From an uncultured Anaerolineales bacterium (GTDB taxonomy: Bacteria; Planctomycetota; Phycisphaerae; FEN-1346): a stretch of DNA of 64,000 nucleotides. Positions 19,943 to 35,925 of the stretch are shown in pieces. The stretch's first letter is position 1; the number at the start of each line of letters is the position of its first letter. Both the position numbers and the translations under genes were made by a program. The DNA lies in assembly GCA_964397995.1 (NCBI GenBank), contig CAYNLG010000009.1:1089-65088 (forward strand). The letters run 5' to 3'. The notes under the pieces are model-generated. The model was not told the origin of the DNA and did not search any database. It was given only the letters and a program-made list of their open reading frames with translations.

Positions 19943-21297
19943 GCGAGACCGACCGCCTTCGCCGCCTCGACCGCGCCCACCTGTGGCACCCGTTCACGCC
20001 GATGGGCCAGTGGGCCGAAGACCCGCCCCTTGTCATCGCCGCCGGCGAGCGCGAGTGGCTCATCGACACCGATGGCCGGCGGTACCTCGACGGCGTCTCC
20101 AGTCTCTGGTGCAACCTGCACGGGCACCGGCACCCGCGGCTCGACGCGGCCGTGCGCGCCCAGCTCGACCGGATCGCGCACTCGACGCTCCTGGGCCTGG
20201 CGTCGCCGCCGTCGGCGGAGCTCGCGGCCCGGCTCGTCGGCCTGGCGCCCGAGGGCCTGACCCGCGTCTTCTACTCGGACTCCGGGGCGACCGCCGTCGA
20301 GATCGCCCTCAAGATGGCCTTCCAGTACTGCCAGCAGCGCGACCCGCCGCGCCCCGAGCGGACCCGCTTCATCCGCCTCCAGCACGCCTACCACGGCGAC
20401 ACCTTGGGGGCGGTGAGCGTCGGCGGCATCGACCTCTTCCACGCGATCTACCGGCCGCTGCTCTTCGAGACGATCGAGACCCCGGCGCCGTACTGCTACC
20501 GCTGCCCCCTCGGCGCGGACCCCGCGACGTGCGGCCTGGCGTGTGCCGCCAGGATGGAGGCGATCGTCGCCGACCACGCCGACGAGACGGCCGCCGTGAT
20601 CCTCGAGCCGCTCGTCCAGGGCGCGGGCGGCATGATCGTCCATCCCGAGGGGTATCTGCGGCGCGTGGCCGACGCCTGCCGCCGCCACGACGTCCTGCTC
20701 ATTCTGGACGAGGTGGCCGTCGGGTTCGGGCGGACAGGGCGCCTGTTCGCCTGCGAGCACGAGGGCGTCGCGCCCGACCTGATGGCCGTTGCCAAGGGCA
20801 TCAGCGGCGGCTACCTGCCGCTGGCGGCCACGCTCGCCTCCGAGCGGATTTACGGGGCCTTCCTCGGCGACCCGGCCGAGGGGCGGACCTTCTTCCACGG
20901 CCACACGTACACGGGCAACGCTCTGGCGTGCGCGGCCGGGTTGGCGAGCCTTGACGTCTTCGAGGAGGAGGGCGTCCTGGAGCGCGTCCGCGCCCTGTCG
21001 GACCGCCTGGGGACGCTGCTCCAGCCGGTGGCCGACTTGCCGCACGTCGGCGAGGTCCGCTGGCGCGGCCTGATGGTGGGCATCGAACTGGTGGCCGACC
21101 GCGCGTCGCGCGCGCCGTATCCGGCCACCGACCGCCGCGGCGCCGCCGCGTGTCGCGCCGCCCGCGCCCGCGGCGCCTGGATCCGTCCGCTCGGGGACGT
21201 GGTCATCCTGATGCCGCCGTACTGCATCTCGGAGGAGAACCTGGCGCGGCTGGTGGAGGCGGCAGGCAAGGGCATCGAGGAGGCGACCGGCCCATGA
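19939..21297 (+). CDS. bioA: adenosylmethionine-8-amino-7-oxononanoate aminotransferase
   Basis: HLWHPFT N-terminus, class III PLP aminotransferase fold, and AVAKGISGGYLPLAA containing the PLP lysine. The listed ORF 18811..21297 is over-extended. Confidence 0.9.
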   Translation: MSETDRLRRLDRAHLWHPFTPMGQWAEDPPLVIAAGEREWLIDTDGRRYLDGVSSLWCNLHGHRHPRLDAAVRAQLDRIAHSTLLGLASPPSAELAARLVGLAPEGLTRVFYSDSGATAVEIALKMAFQYCQQRDPPRPERTRFIRLQHAYHGDTLGAVSVGGIDLFHAIYRPLLFETIETPAPYCYRCPLGADPATCGLACAARMEAIVADHADETAAVILEPLVQGAGGMIVHPEGYLRRVADACRRHDVLLILDEVAVGFGRTGRLFACEHEGVAPDLMAVAKGISGGYLPLAATLASERIYGAFLGDPAEGRTFFHGHTYTGNALACAAGLASLDVFEEEGVLERVRALSDRLGTLLQPVADLPHVGEVRWRGLMVGIELVADRASRAPYPATDRRGAAACRAARARGAWIRPLGDVVILMPPYCISEENLARLVEAAGKGIEEATGP

Positions 21298-22007
21298 GCC
21301 GCGGCTTCTTCGTCACCGGCACCGACACGGGCGTCGGCAAGACCGTCGTGACGGCGGCGTTGGCGACGGTGCTCCGGGAGCGCGGCCAGGACGTGGGGGT
21401 CATGAAGCCCTTCGCGAGCGGGTGCGTCCGCCGCCGCGAGGGCCTTGTCTCCGAAGACGCCGAGGTCCTCGCGAAGGCCGCCGAGGCGCTGGAGCCGCTC
21501 GAGGCCATCTGCCCGGTGCGGTTTGCCGAGCCGCTTGCGCCCACGGTCGCCGCCGCCCGCGCGGGCACGGCCGTCGACCTGGACGCGATGTGGGCGGCCT
21601 GGCGCCGGCTGCGCGCGGCCCACGCGTGGATGCTCGTCGAGGGCATCGGCGGGCTGCTCTGCCCCGTGACGCCCGACCGGCTCCTGGGCGACCTCGCGGG
21701 CGGGTTCGACCTGCCGCTGCTGATTGTCGCGCGGCCGGGCCTCGGTACGCTCAACCACACGCTGCTCACGGTGGAAGCGGCGCGGCGGCGCCAGCTGAGG
21801 TTTGCGGGCATCCTCGTTTGCGGCTATAACATTGATACAGGCGACGCGGCCGAACTGACCAACCCCGACGAGCTCCAGCGGGTCACCGGCCTGCCGGTCC
21901 TCGCCCTGATGCCATACGACACCGAGACGGACCTCGCGCGGGGTATCGTGGGGCCGGACGTGCTGGCAGCAGTCCGTCGTCTGGACCTGAGGCGGCTCGT
22001 GACGTAG
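21294..22007 (+). CDS. bioD: dethiobiotin synthetase
   Basis: FFVTGTDTGVGKTVVTAALA P-loop plus EGIGGLLCP. ATGA overlap with bioA. Confidence 0.85.
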   Translation: MSRGFFVTGTDTGVGKTVVTAALATVLRERGQDVGVMKPFASGCVRRREGLVSEDAEVLAKAAEALEPLEAICPVRFAEPLAPTVAAARAGTAVDLDAMWAAWRRLRAAHAWMLVEGIGGLLCPVTPDRLLGDLAGGFDLPLLIVARPGLGTLNHTLLTVEAARRRQLRFAGILVCGYNIDTGDAAELTNPDELQRVTGLPVLALMPYDTETDLARGIVGPDVLAAVRRLDLRRLVT

Positions 22008-22096
22008 CCTATAGTAGCACAAAGTGCACTCTGAAATACAATTTCGGCTTGACACAGGGCCGCACCACGATATCCTCAGGGCGATGTGAGGGGCGC

Positions 22097-22173
22097 GGGC
22101 GATTAGCTCAGTTGGCGAGAGCGCCTGGTCGACAACCAGGAGGTCACAGGTTCAAGTCCTGTATCGCCCACCA
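22097..22173 (+). tRNA. tRNA-Val (anticodon GAC)
   Basis: Folds as GGGCGAT / D-arm / CCTGG-TCGACAA-CCAGG / ACAGG-TTCAAGT-CCTGT / ATCGCCC-A-CCA. CCA is encoded. Confidence 0.9.
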
Positions 22174-22485
22174 TCTCGCACGAGGGGAACGTGGGTACGA
22201 CCGCACGCGACTGGGCGGTCACGCGCTGCCGGTGGGGAGAGCGAAAGGACCCCGTAGGCGGACGACAACGCCAAGACCAAAGCAACCCTCCGACGGCTGT
22301 GCTTTGCACAGCGATCCATCACCATGGGCATGACGTGCCGCAGGACGGTCCCTCCGGGCAAAGGGACCCGGTCGGCGTGAGCGACCCCGCTCGGCGCGGG
22401 GGCGCGAGCGACCGGTCGGTTTGCCCGGAAAGACCCGAGTAAGGCTGTTCTTTCCACGAATCGGGGGAACGAAAGGAAGTAACAC

Positions 22486-22788
22486 ATGGCGAAGACCGCT
22501 GCCAATCGACGCGCTGACCTGCAGGAATGGGCCAGGGGCTTCTCGCTCCTGTCCGACCCGACGCGCCTGGGTATCCTCAAGGAACTCGCGTCCGGACCGA
22601 AGAACGTGACCACGCTCTGCAAGGCGCTGGCGCTGAAGCAGCCCACGATCAGCCATCACCTCGGCCTGCTGCGCATGGGCCGCCTCGTGACCGGCAATCG
22701 TGAAGGCAAGTCCGTGGTCTACGAAACCAACAAGGACAACATGAAGGACCTGGACGACGCCCTCAGCAAGCTGACCCCCGCGAAGTAA
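22486..22788 (+). CDS. ArsR/SmtB family transcriptional regulator
   Basis: LLSDPTRLGILKELASGPKNVTTLCKALALKQPTISHHLGLLRMGRLV is a classic ArsR winged-HTH. Confidence 0.8.
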   Translation: MAKTAANRRADLQEWARGFSLLSDPTRLGILKELASGPKNVTTLCKALALKQPTISHHLGLLRMGRLVTGNREGKSVVYETNKDNMKDLDDALSKLTPAK

Positions 22789-22946
22789 GGGCGTCCCAGG
22801 GCCGAAACCTGCGCGGCCGGCCCCCCTTGGGCGGCGCGCCGCGCAAGGGCCGCGCCTGGTGCGGGGGTGCACCGGGACGGCGAGGGGTGACGGTGCGGAC
22901 GCCGGCGGGGCGTAACCCCCGGCCGCGCCCACCATCGACACGCCAC

Positions 22947-22988
22947 GACGGGGAACGGGCTTCGGTCCGTTCCCCGTCTCGTTTTGTG
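22947..22988 (+). terminator. intrinsic terminator (12-bp perfect stem GACGGGGAACGG/CCGTTCCCCGTC followed by a T-tract)
   Basis: I read the hairpin directly. It is followed by TCGTTTTGTG and lies downstream of arsR and upstream of the permease promoter region. Confidence 0.55.
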
Positions 22989-23085
22989 TCCTTGCATTGT
23001 CCCCCCCGCGCCGCTATCCCTTCGCTCAAGGGGCGGCGCCGCCGCGCGGGCGGCGCCCCCGCGGCCACCTCGTAGGGGGAGCGGC

Positions 23086-24642
23086 ATGTTCCAGATCGCG
23101 GAGCGCGGCAGCACGGTCGGCCGGGAGGTGCGGGGCGGCCTCGTCACCTTCCTGACCCTCTCCTACATCCTCTTCCTCCAGCCGGCCGTCATGAGCGCGA
23201 CCGGCATCCCCTACGGCGACGCCTTCTTCGCCACCTGCGTCTGCTCGGCCGTCGCCTGCCTCCTCATGGGGCTTCTGGCCAACTATCCCTTCGCGCTCGC
23301 CCCCGCCGTCGGCCACAACTTCTTCTTCGCCTTTACCGTCTGCGGCGCGGTCGCGATGGGCGGCATGGGGTTCTCGTGGCAGCAGGCCCTCATGGCGAAC
23401 CTCATCGCCGGTGGCCTCTTCCTCGTCCTCAGCTTCTTCGGCCTCCGCGAGGCCGTCATGCACGCCGTCCCCGAGAGCCTCAAGTACGCCATTGCCGTCG
23501 GCATCGGCCTCCTGATCGCCTTCGTCGGCCTCCAGTACGGCGGGCTCGTCCAGAATAGCGGCCCCGTGCTCGTCCAACTCGGCGACCTGACCAGTCCCAT
23601 CGCCCTCGTGGTCCTCGGCGGCCTGGCCGTGACGGCCGTGCTCAGCGTCCTGCGGGTCCGCGGGGCCATCCTCCTGGGCGTCCTCGTGACGGCGGTCCTT
23701 GCGCTGGTCGTGAGTGCCGCGCCGCCCGTCTACCACCAGCCCGACGGCCTGGAGGTCATCACCCAGGCCCAACTCCTGGAGCGGATCGGCGTGACCGAAG
23801 GCGCCGCCGACCCGGCCGCCTGCGTCCCGCCCGACCAGGTCCGCACCGTGTTGGCCGAGCCGCAGCCCTCGGACCACTGGTGGGGCCGCATCATCAGCCT
23901 GCCGAAGCTCCCGGGCGAGGCGGTCGGCGCCGCCGTCACGCAGGGGTGGACGCTCTTTACGGAGCGGTCGCCGCTCCAGGTCGCCATCGTCATCTTCATT
24001 TTTTTCTTCCTGGACCTCTTCGACACGGTCGGCACGCTGATCGGCATCTCAGAGCGAGCCGGGTTTCTGGACGAGAACGGGCGGCTTCCGCGGGCACGCT
24101 GGGCCCTCTTCGCCGACAGTGCGGGCACGGTCTCCGGCGCGCTCCTGGGCACGAGCACCATCACGAGCTACGTCGAGAGTGCCGCCGGCGTTGCCGAGGG
24201 CGCCCGCACCGGCCTCGCCACGCTCGTCACGGGCGGCCTCCTGCTCGCGTCGCTTTTCCTCTATCCGCTTGTGGAGATGGTGGGGCGGGGTGTCCGGTAC
24301 ATCCACGCCGAGACGGGCGAAGAACTGATCCAGGTCGTCGCCGGCACGCCGGCCGACGTCCACCGCTACCCCATCATCGCTCCGGTGCTCATCCTGATCG
24401 GCGTGATGATGATGGGCGGGGTGCGGCGAATCGGATGGGACGACTACACGGAGGCGATCCCCGCGTTCCTGACCGTGGTGATGATGCAGTTCAGCCTGTC
24501 GATCGCCGAGGGCATCGCCTGGGGCTTCATCGCCTTCACGCTGCTGAAGCTCGTCGCCGGGAAGGCCCGTGACCTGAACTGGATGGTGGTCGCCTTCGCG
24601 GTGCTCTTCCTGGTGTACCACGTCGCGGAGGCGATGGTCTGA
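23086..24642 (+). CDS. NCS2 family nucleobase permease (AzgA/PurP-like, with a large periplasmic/cytoplasmic insertion)
   Basis: LTLSYILFLQPAVMSATGIPYGDAFFATCVCSAVACLLMGLLANYPFALAPAVGHN is the AzgA-like N-terminus. About 12 TM segments. Confidence 0.8.
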   Translation: MFQIAERGSTVGREVRGGLVTFLTLSYILFLQPAVMSATGIPYGDAFFATCVCSAVACLLMGLLANYPFALAPAVGHNFFFAFTVCGAVAMGGMGFSWQQALMANLIAGGLFLVLSFFGLREAVMHAVPESLKYAIAVGIGLLIAFVGLQYGGLVQNSGPVLVQLGDLTSPIALVVLGGLAVTAVLSVLRVRGAILLGVLVTAVLALVVSAAPPVYHQPDGLEVITQAQLLERIGVTEGAADPAACVPPDQVRTVLAEPQPSDHWWGRIISLPKLPGEAVGAAVTQGWTLFTERSPLQVAIVIFIFFFLDLFDTVGTLIGISERAGFLDENGRLPRARWALFADSAGTVSGALLGTSTITSYVESAAGVAEGARTGLATLVTGGLLLASLFLYPLVEMVGRGVRYIHAETGEELIQVVAGTPADVHRYPIIAPVLILIGVMMMGGVRRIGWDDYTEAIPAFLTVVMMQFSLSIAEGIAWGFIAFTLLKLVAGKARDLNWMVVAFAVLFLVYHVAEAMV

Positions 24643-24646
24643 CGGG

Positions 24647-25441
24647 CTACAAGGCCAGGACGTCCTGCATGCTGTAGAGCCCCGGGCCGCGGTCGGCCAG
24701 CCACCGGGCGGCGCGCAGCGCCCCGCGGGCGAAGGTTTCCCGCGAGTGGGCCACGTGCCGCAGCTCGATTCGCTCGCCACAGCCGGCGTAGAGGACGGTG
24801 TGCTCGCCGACGATGTCGCCGCCGCGCACCGCGTGGACGCCGATCTCGCCGCCCGTCCGCGGGGCCGGCCCGCGGCCGCGCCCGTACCGCCCGGCGGTCT
24901 CCAGGTCGCGTCCGGTGGCCTCGGCGACGGCCTCGCCGAGGGCCAGGGCCGTGCCCGACGGGGCGTCCTTCTTATACCGGTGATGGGCCTCGACGATCTC
25001 GACGTCGTACTCGGGCCCGAGCGCCCGGGCCAGGTCCGCCGCCGCCCGGAAGAGCACGTTCACGCCGACGCTCATGTTCGGCGAGAGGAGCACCGGCGCC
25101 TTCTGGCCGGCCGCCGCCAGCTGCGCCCGCTGCTCGGGCGTGAAGCCCGTCGTGCCGACGACCACCGGCAGGCCGCGCGCCGCGCACGCCTCCACGAGGG
25201 CGAGCGACCCCTCGGGCAGCGAGAAGTCGATGGCGACGTCCGCCTCGGCCGGAAGCGCTGTCGCGAGCACCACCCCGCTTGTCCCTCCCGCGCCGGCCAG
25301 GACGCCCGCGTCCGTGCCGAGGGCCGGGTGGTCGGCCGCCTCGACGGCGCCGCTGAGTTCCAGGTCGTCGGCCTCCAGGACGAGCCCGAGGAGGATGCGT
25401 CCCATGCGGCCAGCGGCCCCGGCGATGACGATGCGGATCAT
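24647..25441 (-). CDS. dapB: 4-hydroxy-tetrahydrodipicolinate reductase
   Basis: MIRIVIAGAAGRMGR N-terminus and EAHHRYKKDAPSGTAL catalytic motif. Confidence 0.9.
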   Translation of the reverse strand: MIRIVIAGAAGRMGRILLGLVLEADDLELSGAVEAADHPALGTDAGVLAGAGGTSGVVLATALPAEADVAIDFSLPEGSLALVEACAARGLPVVVGTTGFTPEQRAQLAAAGQKAPVLLSPNMSVGVNVLFRAAADLARALGPEYDVEIVEAHHRYKKDAPSGTALALGEAVAEATGRDLETAGRYGRGRGPAPRTGGEIGVHAVRGGDIVGEHTVLYAGCGERIELRHVAHSRETFARGALRAARWLADRGPGLYSMQDVLAL

Positions 25442-25484
25442 GATCGGCCCTTTCGGTTGGTCGGGTGGGGCGGAGACGGCCCGG

Positions 25485-26888
25485 TCAGGCCCGGATGGCG
25501 GCGATGATCCGGTCGAGGTCGTCCTCGACGATCGTCGGCCGGTTGGCGTGGGTCGCGCCGCACACGCCGTACGGCCCGTACTTCGACTGGATGGCCGTGT
25601 CCGGCTGCGTGTGATAATCGACCGTGATGTTCGGGTCCTTCAGGGCGTGGCCCGTCAGCACGCACGCGACCCGGTCAGTCCGCTCGACGACGCCGGCCGC
25701 CCGCAGCTTCTTCAGACCCGCGACGGTGGCGGCCGAGGCTGGCTCGCAGCCGAAGCCTCCCGCGCCGACCTGGGCCTTCGCGTCCAGGATCTCCTGGTCG
25801 GTCACGGTGGCCACGAGGCCGTCGGTCCACTCGAGCGCCCGCAGGCACTTCTTCAGGTTCACCGGCCGATTGATCTCGATGGCCGATGCCAGCGTCTTCG
25901 CCCTCCGGTCCTCGGCGTCCATCTGCTCGTAGAAGGCGTTGATGCGGCCGACGTCGACCCGCCCGCCGTGCCACGCCAGCTTTTCCTCGTTGACGAGCCG
26001 GTGCAGGGTGTCGGCCCCGGCGGCGTTGATGACGGCCAGGCGCGGCACGCGGTCGATGAGGCCCAGGTCCGCCAGCTCCCGGAACGCCTTGCCGAAGGCC
26101 GACGAGTTCCCCAGGTTCCCGCCCGGCACGACGATCCAGTCCGGCACCTCCCACCGCATCCGCTCCAGGATGCGGTACATGATCGTCTTCTGCCCCTCCA
26201 GCCGGAACGGGTTCAGGCTGTTCATCAGGTAGATGCCCAGTTCCCGGGCGACCTCCTTGACGCGGATCATGCACGCGTCGAAGTCGCCCAGCACCTGGAG
26301 CACCTTCACGTGGTAGTCCAGGGCCTGGGCCAGCTTGCCGTAGGCGATCTTGCCGCTGCCCACCAGGACGACCGCCGGAATCAGCCCCGCCGCCGCCGAG
26401 TACAGCGCCACGGCCGCGCTCGTGTTGCCCGTCGAGGCGCAGGCGGCCCGGGTCGCGCCCACCAGGTGGGCGTGCGTGTAGGCCGCCGTCATCCCGTTGT
26501 CCTTGAAGCTGCCCGACGGGTTCATGCCCTCGTACTGGAGGGCGAGGCGGCCGTCGGCCATGCCGGCGTAGGCGGCCACACGGTCGGCCACCTGGAGCAG
26601 GGTGCGGCCCTCGCCGACGGTGATGACCTTGGCGCGCGGGGCGAAGGGCAGCAGCGCGTGGAACCGCCACACCCCGGAGAACGCCAGCGGGTCCGCCTGC
26701 CGCGACCACGCCGCCTCGAAGTCCGCCAGTCGCGACGGTACCTCGGCCCGGTTCCAGTCGTACTGGACGTCGAGCAGGTCGCCGCAGGCCTTGCACTCGA
26801 AGAGCGGTTCGGCGACGTCGAAGGTCGCCCCGCAGGCCGGGCTCAGGCACTGCTGGTACGCGATGTCGGTTCGAATCTCGGGGGCCAT
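25485..26888 (-). CDS. thrC: threonine synthase
   Basis: N-terminal Cys cluster and the PLP-lysine region GSFKDNGMT. The start is taken at MAPEIR. Confidence 0.9.
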   Translation of the reverse strand: MAPEIRTDIAYQQCLSPACGATFDVAEPLFECKACGDLLDVQYDWNRAEVPSRLADFEAAWSRQADPLAFSGVWRFHALLPFAPRAKVITVGEGRTLLQVADRVAAYAGMADGRLALQYEGMNPSGSFKDNGMTAAYTHAHLVGATRAACASTGNTSAAVALYSAAAGLIPAVVLVGSGKIAYGKLAQALDYHVKVLQVLGDFDACMIRVKEVARELGIYLMNSLNPFRLEGQKTIMYRILERMRWEVPDWIVVPGGNLGNSSAFGKAFRELADLGLIDRVPRLAVINAAGADTLHRLVNEEKLAWHGGRVDVGRINAFYEQMDAEDRRAKTLASAIEINRPVNLKKCLRALEWTDGLVATVTDQEILDAKAQVGAGGFGCEPASAATVAGLKKLRAAGVVERTDRVACVLTGHALKDPNITVDYHTQPDTAIQSKYGPYGVCGATHANRPTIVEDDLDRIIAAIRA

Positions 26889-27037
26889 GGTCTTCCTGTC
26901 GGCCGCACGGGGCTCCGGCGCGCACCGAAACTGCGCACCGCGTGCAACCGGCACGGCATCCTAGCGGCCGGAAATGAGGCCTTCAAGCCCAAAGCGATGC
27001 CAGGGGAGCCCGTCGCCGGGGGCGCCGCGGGCGCGGT

Positions 27038-28408
27038 CTACGACAGCCACCACGACCACGCCTTGCCGTCGCGGGTGAGCGTCGGCGGCGACTCGGTCAG
27101 CGCTTTCTCGAGCGCCGCCGCCTCCGCGTCGCCAAACCCGTACAGGAACGCCGCCCCGAGGTTGCCGACCGGCACCGTCCGCCGGTCCTCCATCGGCCGC
27201 ATCGCCTCGTAGGCCTTGACGAACTCGTCGCGGTCGCCGGGGGTGTCCCAGGCGGTGACCCACAGGCCCTTGGCCGCGGTGTCCTCCTTGGCCGCTTTGG
27301 CCAGGACGAACCGGTCGCCGCCCCAGCCGGCCGAGGCCGGGCCGGTCCAGTACGCCGCCGTCGCCGAGGCCATCAGGTTGAGCGGCCGGTCGGCCGGCTT
27401 CGCGAGCAGCCCGCACATCAGCTCCCCGGCGGTGGTCTGGAAGCCTGGCGTGCAGCCGGCCTTGGCCAGCAGCGTGCCGAGGGCCTTCGGGTCGACCGTG
27501 ACGGGCGCGTCGCGCCGCGCCGGGTCCCAGTACTTGTGCGGATGCAGGACCTGCTCGGTGCTCGCCGGTAGCGCCGCCATGGCCGCCTTCAGGGCATCGC
27601 CGCACCCGGCCTGCGGCACGAAGGGCCCGGTCGTGCTCGACTTGGCGAGGAACCGCATGCCGAGGATGTACGGGGCCATGAGCACCTGGAAGTACGGCGG
27701 GCTCTCCATGAACGGGCGGCTCTGCTTCAGTTCCTCCTGCATCATCTCCTGGAACTGCCGCATGGTCTCGCCGCCAGCGCCGCCGCCCAGCAGCACCTTC
27801 ATCTGGATCTGCGTCATGTACCGCGTCTGGAGGGTCGTGGCCGAGCCCTCGACGAGCGACGCCAGCACCAGGTCGAAGTCCTCGCTCTCGCCCAGCCGGT
27901 CCATCAGCGGCTGTATCCCGATCACCTGGTCGTCCAGGGCGTGCGTCAACTCGTGGACGATGATCGTCTTCAGGACGAACGGGCTCTCCAGCCGCGGGTC
28001 GCCGCGGATCATGTGGAACGTGCCGGCCTCGGGGTCGTAGTAACCGGCCACCTGGTTCCGCAGGATGCTCCGCGCCGTCGCCATGAAGTCGCAGTCCGGC
28101 GGCAGGAGGCCGACGCGCTTGAGGAAGGCGACGTTCAGCTCGAGGCGCTCGCCGCCGAACTGCTCCCGGAGCTGCGTTTCGAAGTGGGCGACCGCCTCCT
28201 CGCGGGTGACCAGGCGCGTCCCGACCGGCGTCTCGAACTGCCAGCCGCGCAGCCGCTCGACCTCGCGGCTCATCTCGGCGACGACGCGGGCCAGCGTCTC
28301 GGCCTCGTCGGTCGCCTCGGGCTGCGCCGCGGCGCAGGGCAGGGCCCCCGCCAGGACCAGGAGTGCCGGGACCAGCCATGCCATCCGCACGCGCCGCTTC
28401 CGCCGCAT
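27038..28408 (-). CDS. secreted HExxH protein, putative zinc metalloprotease
   Basis: Signal peptide MRRKRRVRMAWLVPALLVLAGALPCAAA and an IIVHELTHALDD zincin motif. No confident family. Confidence 0.5.
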   Translation of the reverse strand: MRRKRRVRMAWLVPALLVLAGALPCAAAQPEATDEAETLARVVAEMSREVERLRGWQFETPVGTRLVTREEAVAHFETQLREQFGGERLELNVAFLKRVGLLPPDCDFMATARSILRNQVAGYYDPEAGTFHMIRGDPRLESPFVLKTIIVHELTHALDDQVIGIQPLMDRLGESEDFDLVLASLVEGSATTLQTRYMTQIQMKVLLGGGAGGETMRQFQEMMQEELKQSRPFMESPPYFQVLMAPYILGMRFLAKSSTTGPFVPQAGCGDALKAAMAALPASTEQVLHPHKYWDPARRDAPVTVDPKALGTLLAKAGCTPGFQTTAGELMCGLLAKPADRPLNLMASATAAYWTGPASAGWGGDRFVLAKAAKEDTAAKGLWVTAWDTPGDRDEFVKAYEAMRPMEDRRTVPVGNLGAAFLYGFGDAEAAALEKALTESPPTLTRDGKAWSWWLS

Positions 28409-28469
28409 GGTGCCGCCTCCTCTCGGGGGTCTGACGCCCCTGACGGGCCGTCGAGAGCCGCGGGCCGCC

Positions 28470-33860
<5,391 letters not shown>

Positions 33861-33897
33861 ACCGTCTCGCGAAGCTTCCGGGGCGGGCCGGCCGCGC

Positions 33898-34461
33898 CTA
33901 CTTCACCCGCTCGAGGTACTCCCCGCTCCGCGTGTCGATGCGGATGCGTTCCCCGATCTCGATGAAGGGAGGCACCGAGACGCTGATGCCCGTCTCCATG
34001 GTGGCCGGCTTGTTCTGGTTGGTGGCGGTGGCGCCCTTAAGGGCGGGCGGCGTGTCCTTGACTTCCAGTTCCACCACGTTCGGCAGGTCCACGCCGATGG
34101 CCTTGCCCTCGTACCAGAGGACCTGGCACTCCGTGCCCGAGAGCAGGTACCCGATGGCGTCGCCGACCAACTCCTGGTCGATGGGCACCTGCTCGTACGT
34201 CTCCGGGTCCATGAACCAGTGTTGGCCCTCGGAGCTGTAGGAGTACTGCATGGGCTTGCGCTCGAGGAACGCCGGCTCGACCGATTCGGCCGAGCGGAAC
34301 CGGCGATCGAGCACTTGGCCGGTGCTGTACTTCTTGAGCTTGGCCTGGATGAAGGCCCCGCCCTTGCCGGGCTTGGTGTGCTGCTGCGATACGACAATGT
34401 ACAGCTCGCCATCAATCAGGATGGCGCCGCCGTTCTTCATTTCGGTCGCCCGAATGGCCAT
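33898..34461 (-). CDS. efp: elongation factor P
   Basis: The 187-aa sequence spans KOW and OB domains ([14 protein letters not shown] ... [38 protein letters not shown]). Confidence 0.95.
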   Translation of the reverse strand: MAIRATEMKNGGAILIDGELYIVVSQQHTKPGKGGAFIQAKLKKYSTGQVLDRRFRSAESVEPAFLERKPMQYSYSSEGQHWFMDPETYEQVPIDQELVGDAIGYLLSGTECQVLWYEGKAIGVDLPNVVELEVKDTPPALKGATATNQNKPATMETGISVSVPPFIEIGERIRIDTRSGEYLERVK

Positions 34462-34702
34462 ACCCGTCTCCTTCCGCGGCGGCCGGGGGCCGCTATGTTC
34501 CGGCCGAAGTATACCGACCCGCGCCGTGAGGTGTCAATGCGGCGGCGGCCGCGCGGCCGACCGGGGCGGCCAAAAGCCTTGCCTTCCTCGCGTGCCGCTG
34601 ATAGAGTCCGCCCGTGGCGATGGCGGCACGTGAGGGCACGGGCCGGCCAGCCGCCCGGGAGGCGGCGGGAGGGGTCCGGACGGGGAGGGCGGTAAGCGGC
34701 CC

Positions 34703-35848
34703 ATGGGCGAGACTCTGGCGGCACTGGCCGGCGGCTGGATCGCCGGCGTCTTCGTCTTCCTCCTCGGCCTGTGTGTCGGAAGCTTCCTGAATGTCTGCAT
34801 CCACCGTCTGCCCGCCGGCAAGAGCCTCGTCTGGCCCGGCTCCCACTGCCCGCGGTGTCTGGCCCCCATCGCCTGGTATGACAACCTGCCCGTCGTCAGC
34901 TACGTCGTCCTCGGCGGCCGCTGCCGCCGCTGCGGGTCCCGCTTCACCGCCCGCTACATGGCCGTCGAGCTGGCCACCGGGCTCCTGTTCTTTGGCTACT
35001 GGTTGCTGCTCGTGAGGCTTGGGGTGCGGCCGGGGGCGGGCCATATGGGCGTCTGGACCCTCTTCATGGTCCTCGTCGCCGCGCTGCTCGTCTCCTCGGT
35101 CATCGACTTCGAGCGCAAGGAAATCTACCCCGCGGTCACGAACCTCGTCGTCGTGGTGGCCGTCCTCGCCAGCGCTCTCTGGCCCCGCATCCAGGCCGTC
35201 GCCACCTACGCCGCCAGTGTGCCGCCCTACACGGGCTGGCGGCCGGGGGACGCGGCCGTGGCGGCCCTGGTGGGGGCGGGCGTCGGCGCGGGCATGGTCC
35301 TGGTGACGCGGGTTCTCGCCACCGCCGCCTTCCGCAAGGAGGCCATGGGCCTGGGCGACGCCCACCTTATGGCCGCCGTCGGCGCCGTCCTCGGCTGGCA
35401 GGGCGCCGTCCTGGTCTTCTTCCTGGCCCCGTTCCTGGCGCTGCCCTACGGCCTGTGGCAGATGCGGGGCGGCGCCCGCGGCGAGGACGAGGAGGATGAC
35501 GAGGCGGCCACAGAGGAGGACGAGCCCCCCGGGCCGCGCGTCCCATGGGCCTCGGCCGCGCTCACCCTGGCCGGGCTGCTGCTCATGGCCTTCGCCGGGC
35601 TGCAGGGGCGGACGGCGTGGACCTGGGGCCCGCGGCTGATGACGCTGGCGGGCCTGGCGGCCGTGGCGTACGGTTTCTACCGGGCCGAGCGCGACGAAGA
35701 CGTCCGCGAGGAGGCCGACGAGCCCATGCCCCGGGCCCCGGAGAGCCACGAAGTGCCTTACGGGCCCTTCCTGGGCGCGACTGCGTGTATCATGATGGTC
35801 GCCCAGGACGCCGTGCTGAACCTGCTGCTGCATCGGCTGGCCGGATGA
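34703..35848 (+). CDS. pilD: type IV prepilin leader peptidase (A24 family)
   Basis: N-terminal Cys tetrad (CPRC ... CRRCG), GSFLNVCIHRLP, RYMAVELATGLLF, and a C-terminal LGDAHLMAAVGAVLGW. Contains an acidic insertion (EDEEDDEAATEEDE). Confidence 0.8.
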   Translation: MGETLAALAGGWIAGVFVFLLGLCVGSFLNVCIHRLPAGKSLVWPGSHCPRCLAPIAWYDNLPVVSYVVLGGRCRRCGSRFTARYMAVELATGLLFFGYWLLLVRLGVRPGAGHMGVWTLFMVLVAALLVSSVIDFERKEIYPAVTNLVVVVAVLASALWPRIQAVATYAASVPPYTGWRPGDAAVAALVGAGVGAGMVLVTRVLATAAFRKEAMGLGDAHLMAAVGAVLGWQGAVLVFFLAPFLALPYGLWQMRGGARGEDEEDDEAATEEDEPPGPRVPWASAALTLAGLLLMAFAGLQGRTAWTWGPRLMTLAGLAAVAYGFYRAERDEDVREEADEPMPRAPESHEVPYGPFLGATACIMMVAQDAVLNLLLHRLAG

Positions 35849-35925
35849 GCCGCGCCGCCGCCAACCTGCAAGACGACTGGGCCGGGCCGCGCCGCCCGGC
35901 CGACGGACTCTGGAAAGGACGAGCC

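Noticed and set aside
18811-21297. 828-aa ORF upstream of bioA
   Set aside because: The N-terminal 376 aa are compositional noise crossing the DUF62 gene. The BioA start at 19939 gives the canonical HLWHPF N-terminus and an ATGA coupling.
22800-23085. Purine riboswitch ahead of the NCS2 nucleobase permease
   Set aside because: No match to the conserved purine-aptamer junction or loop sequences. The region instead holds a clear intrinsic terminator for arsR and a GC-rich promoter stretch.
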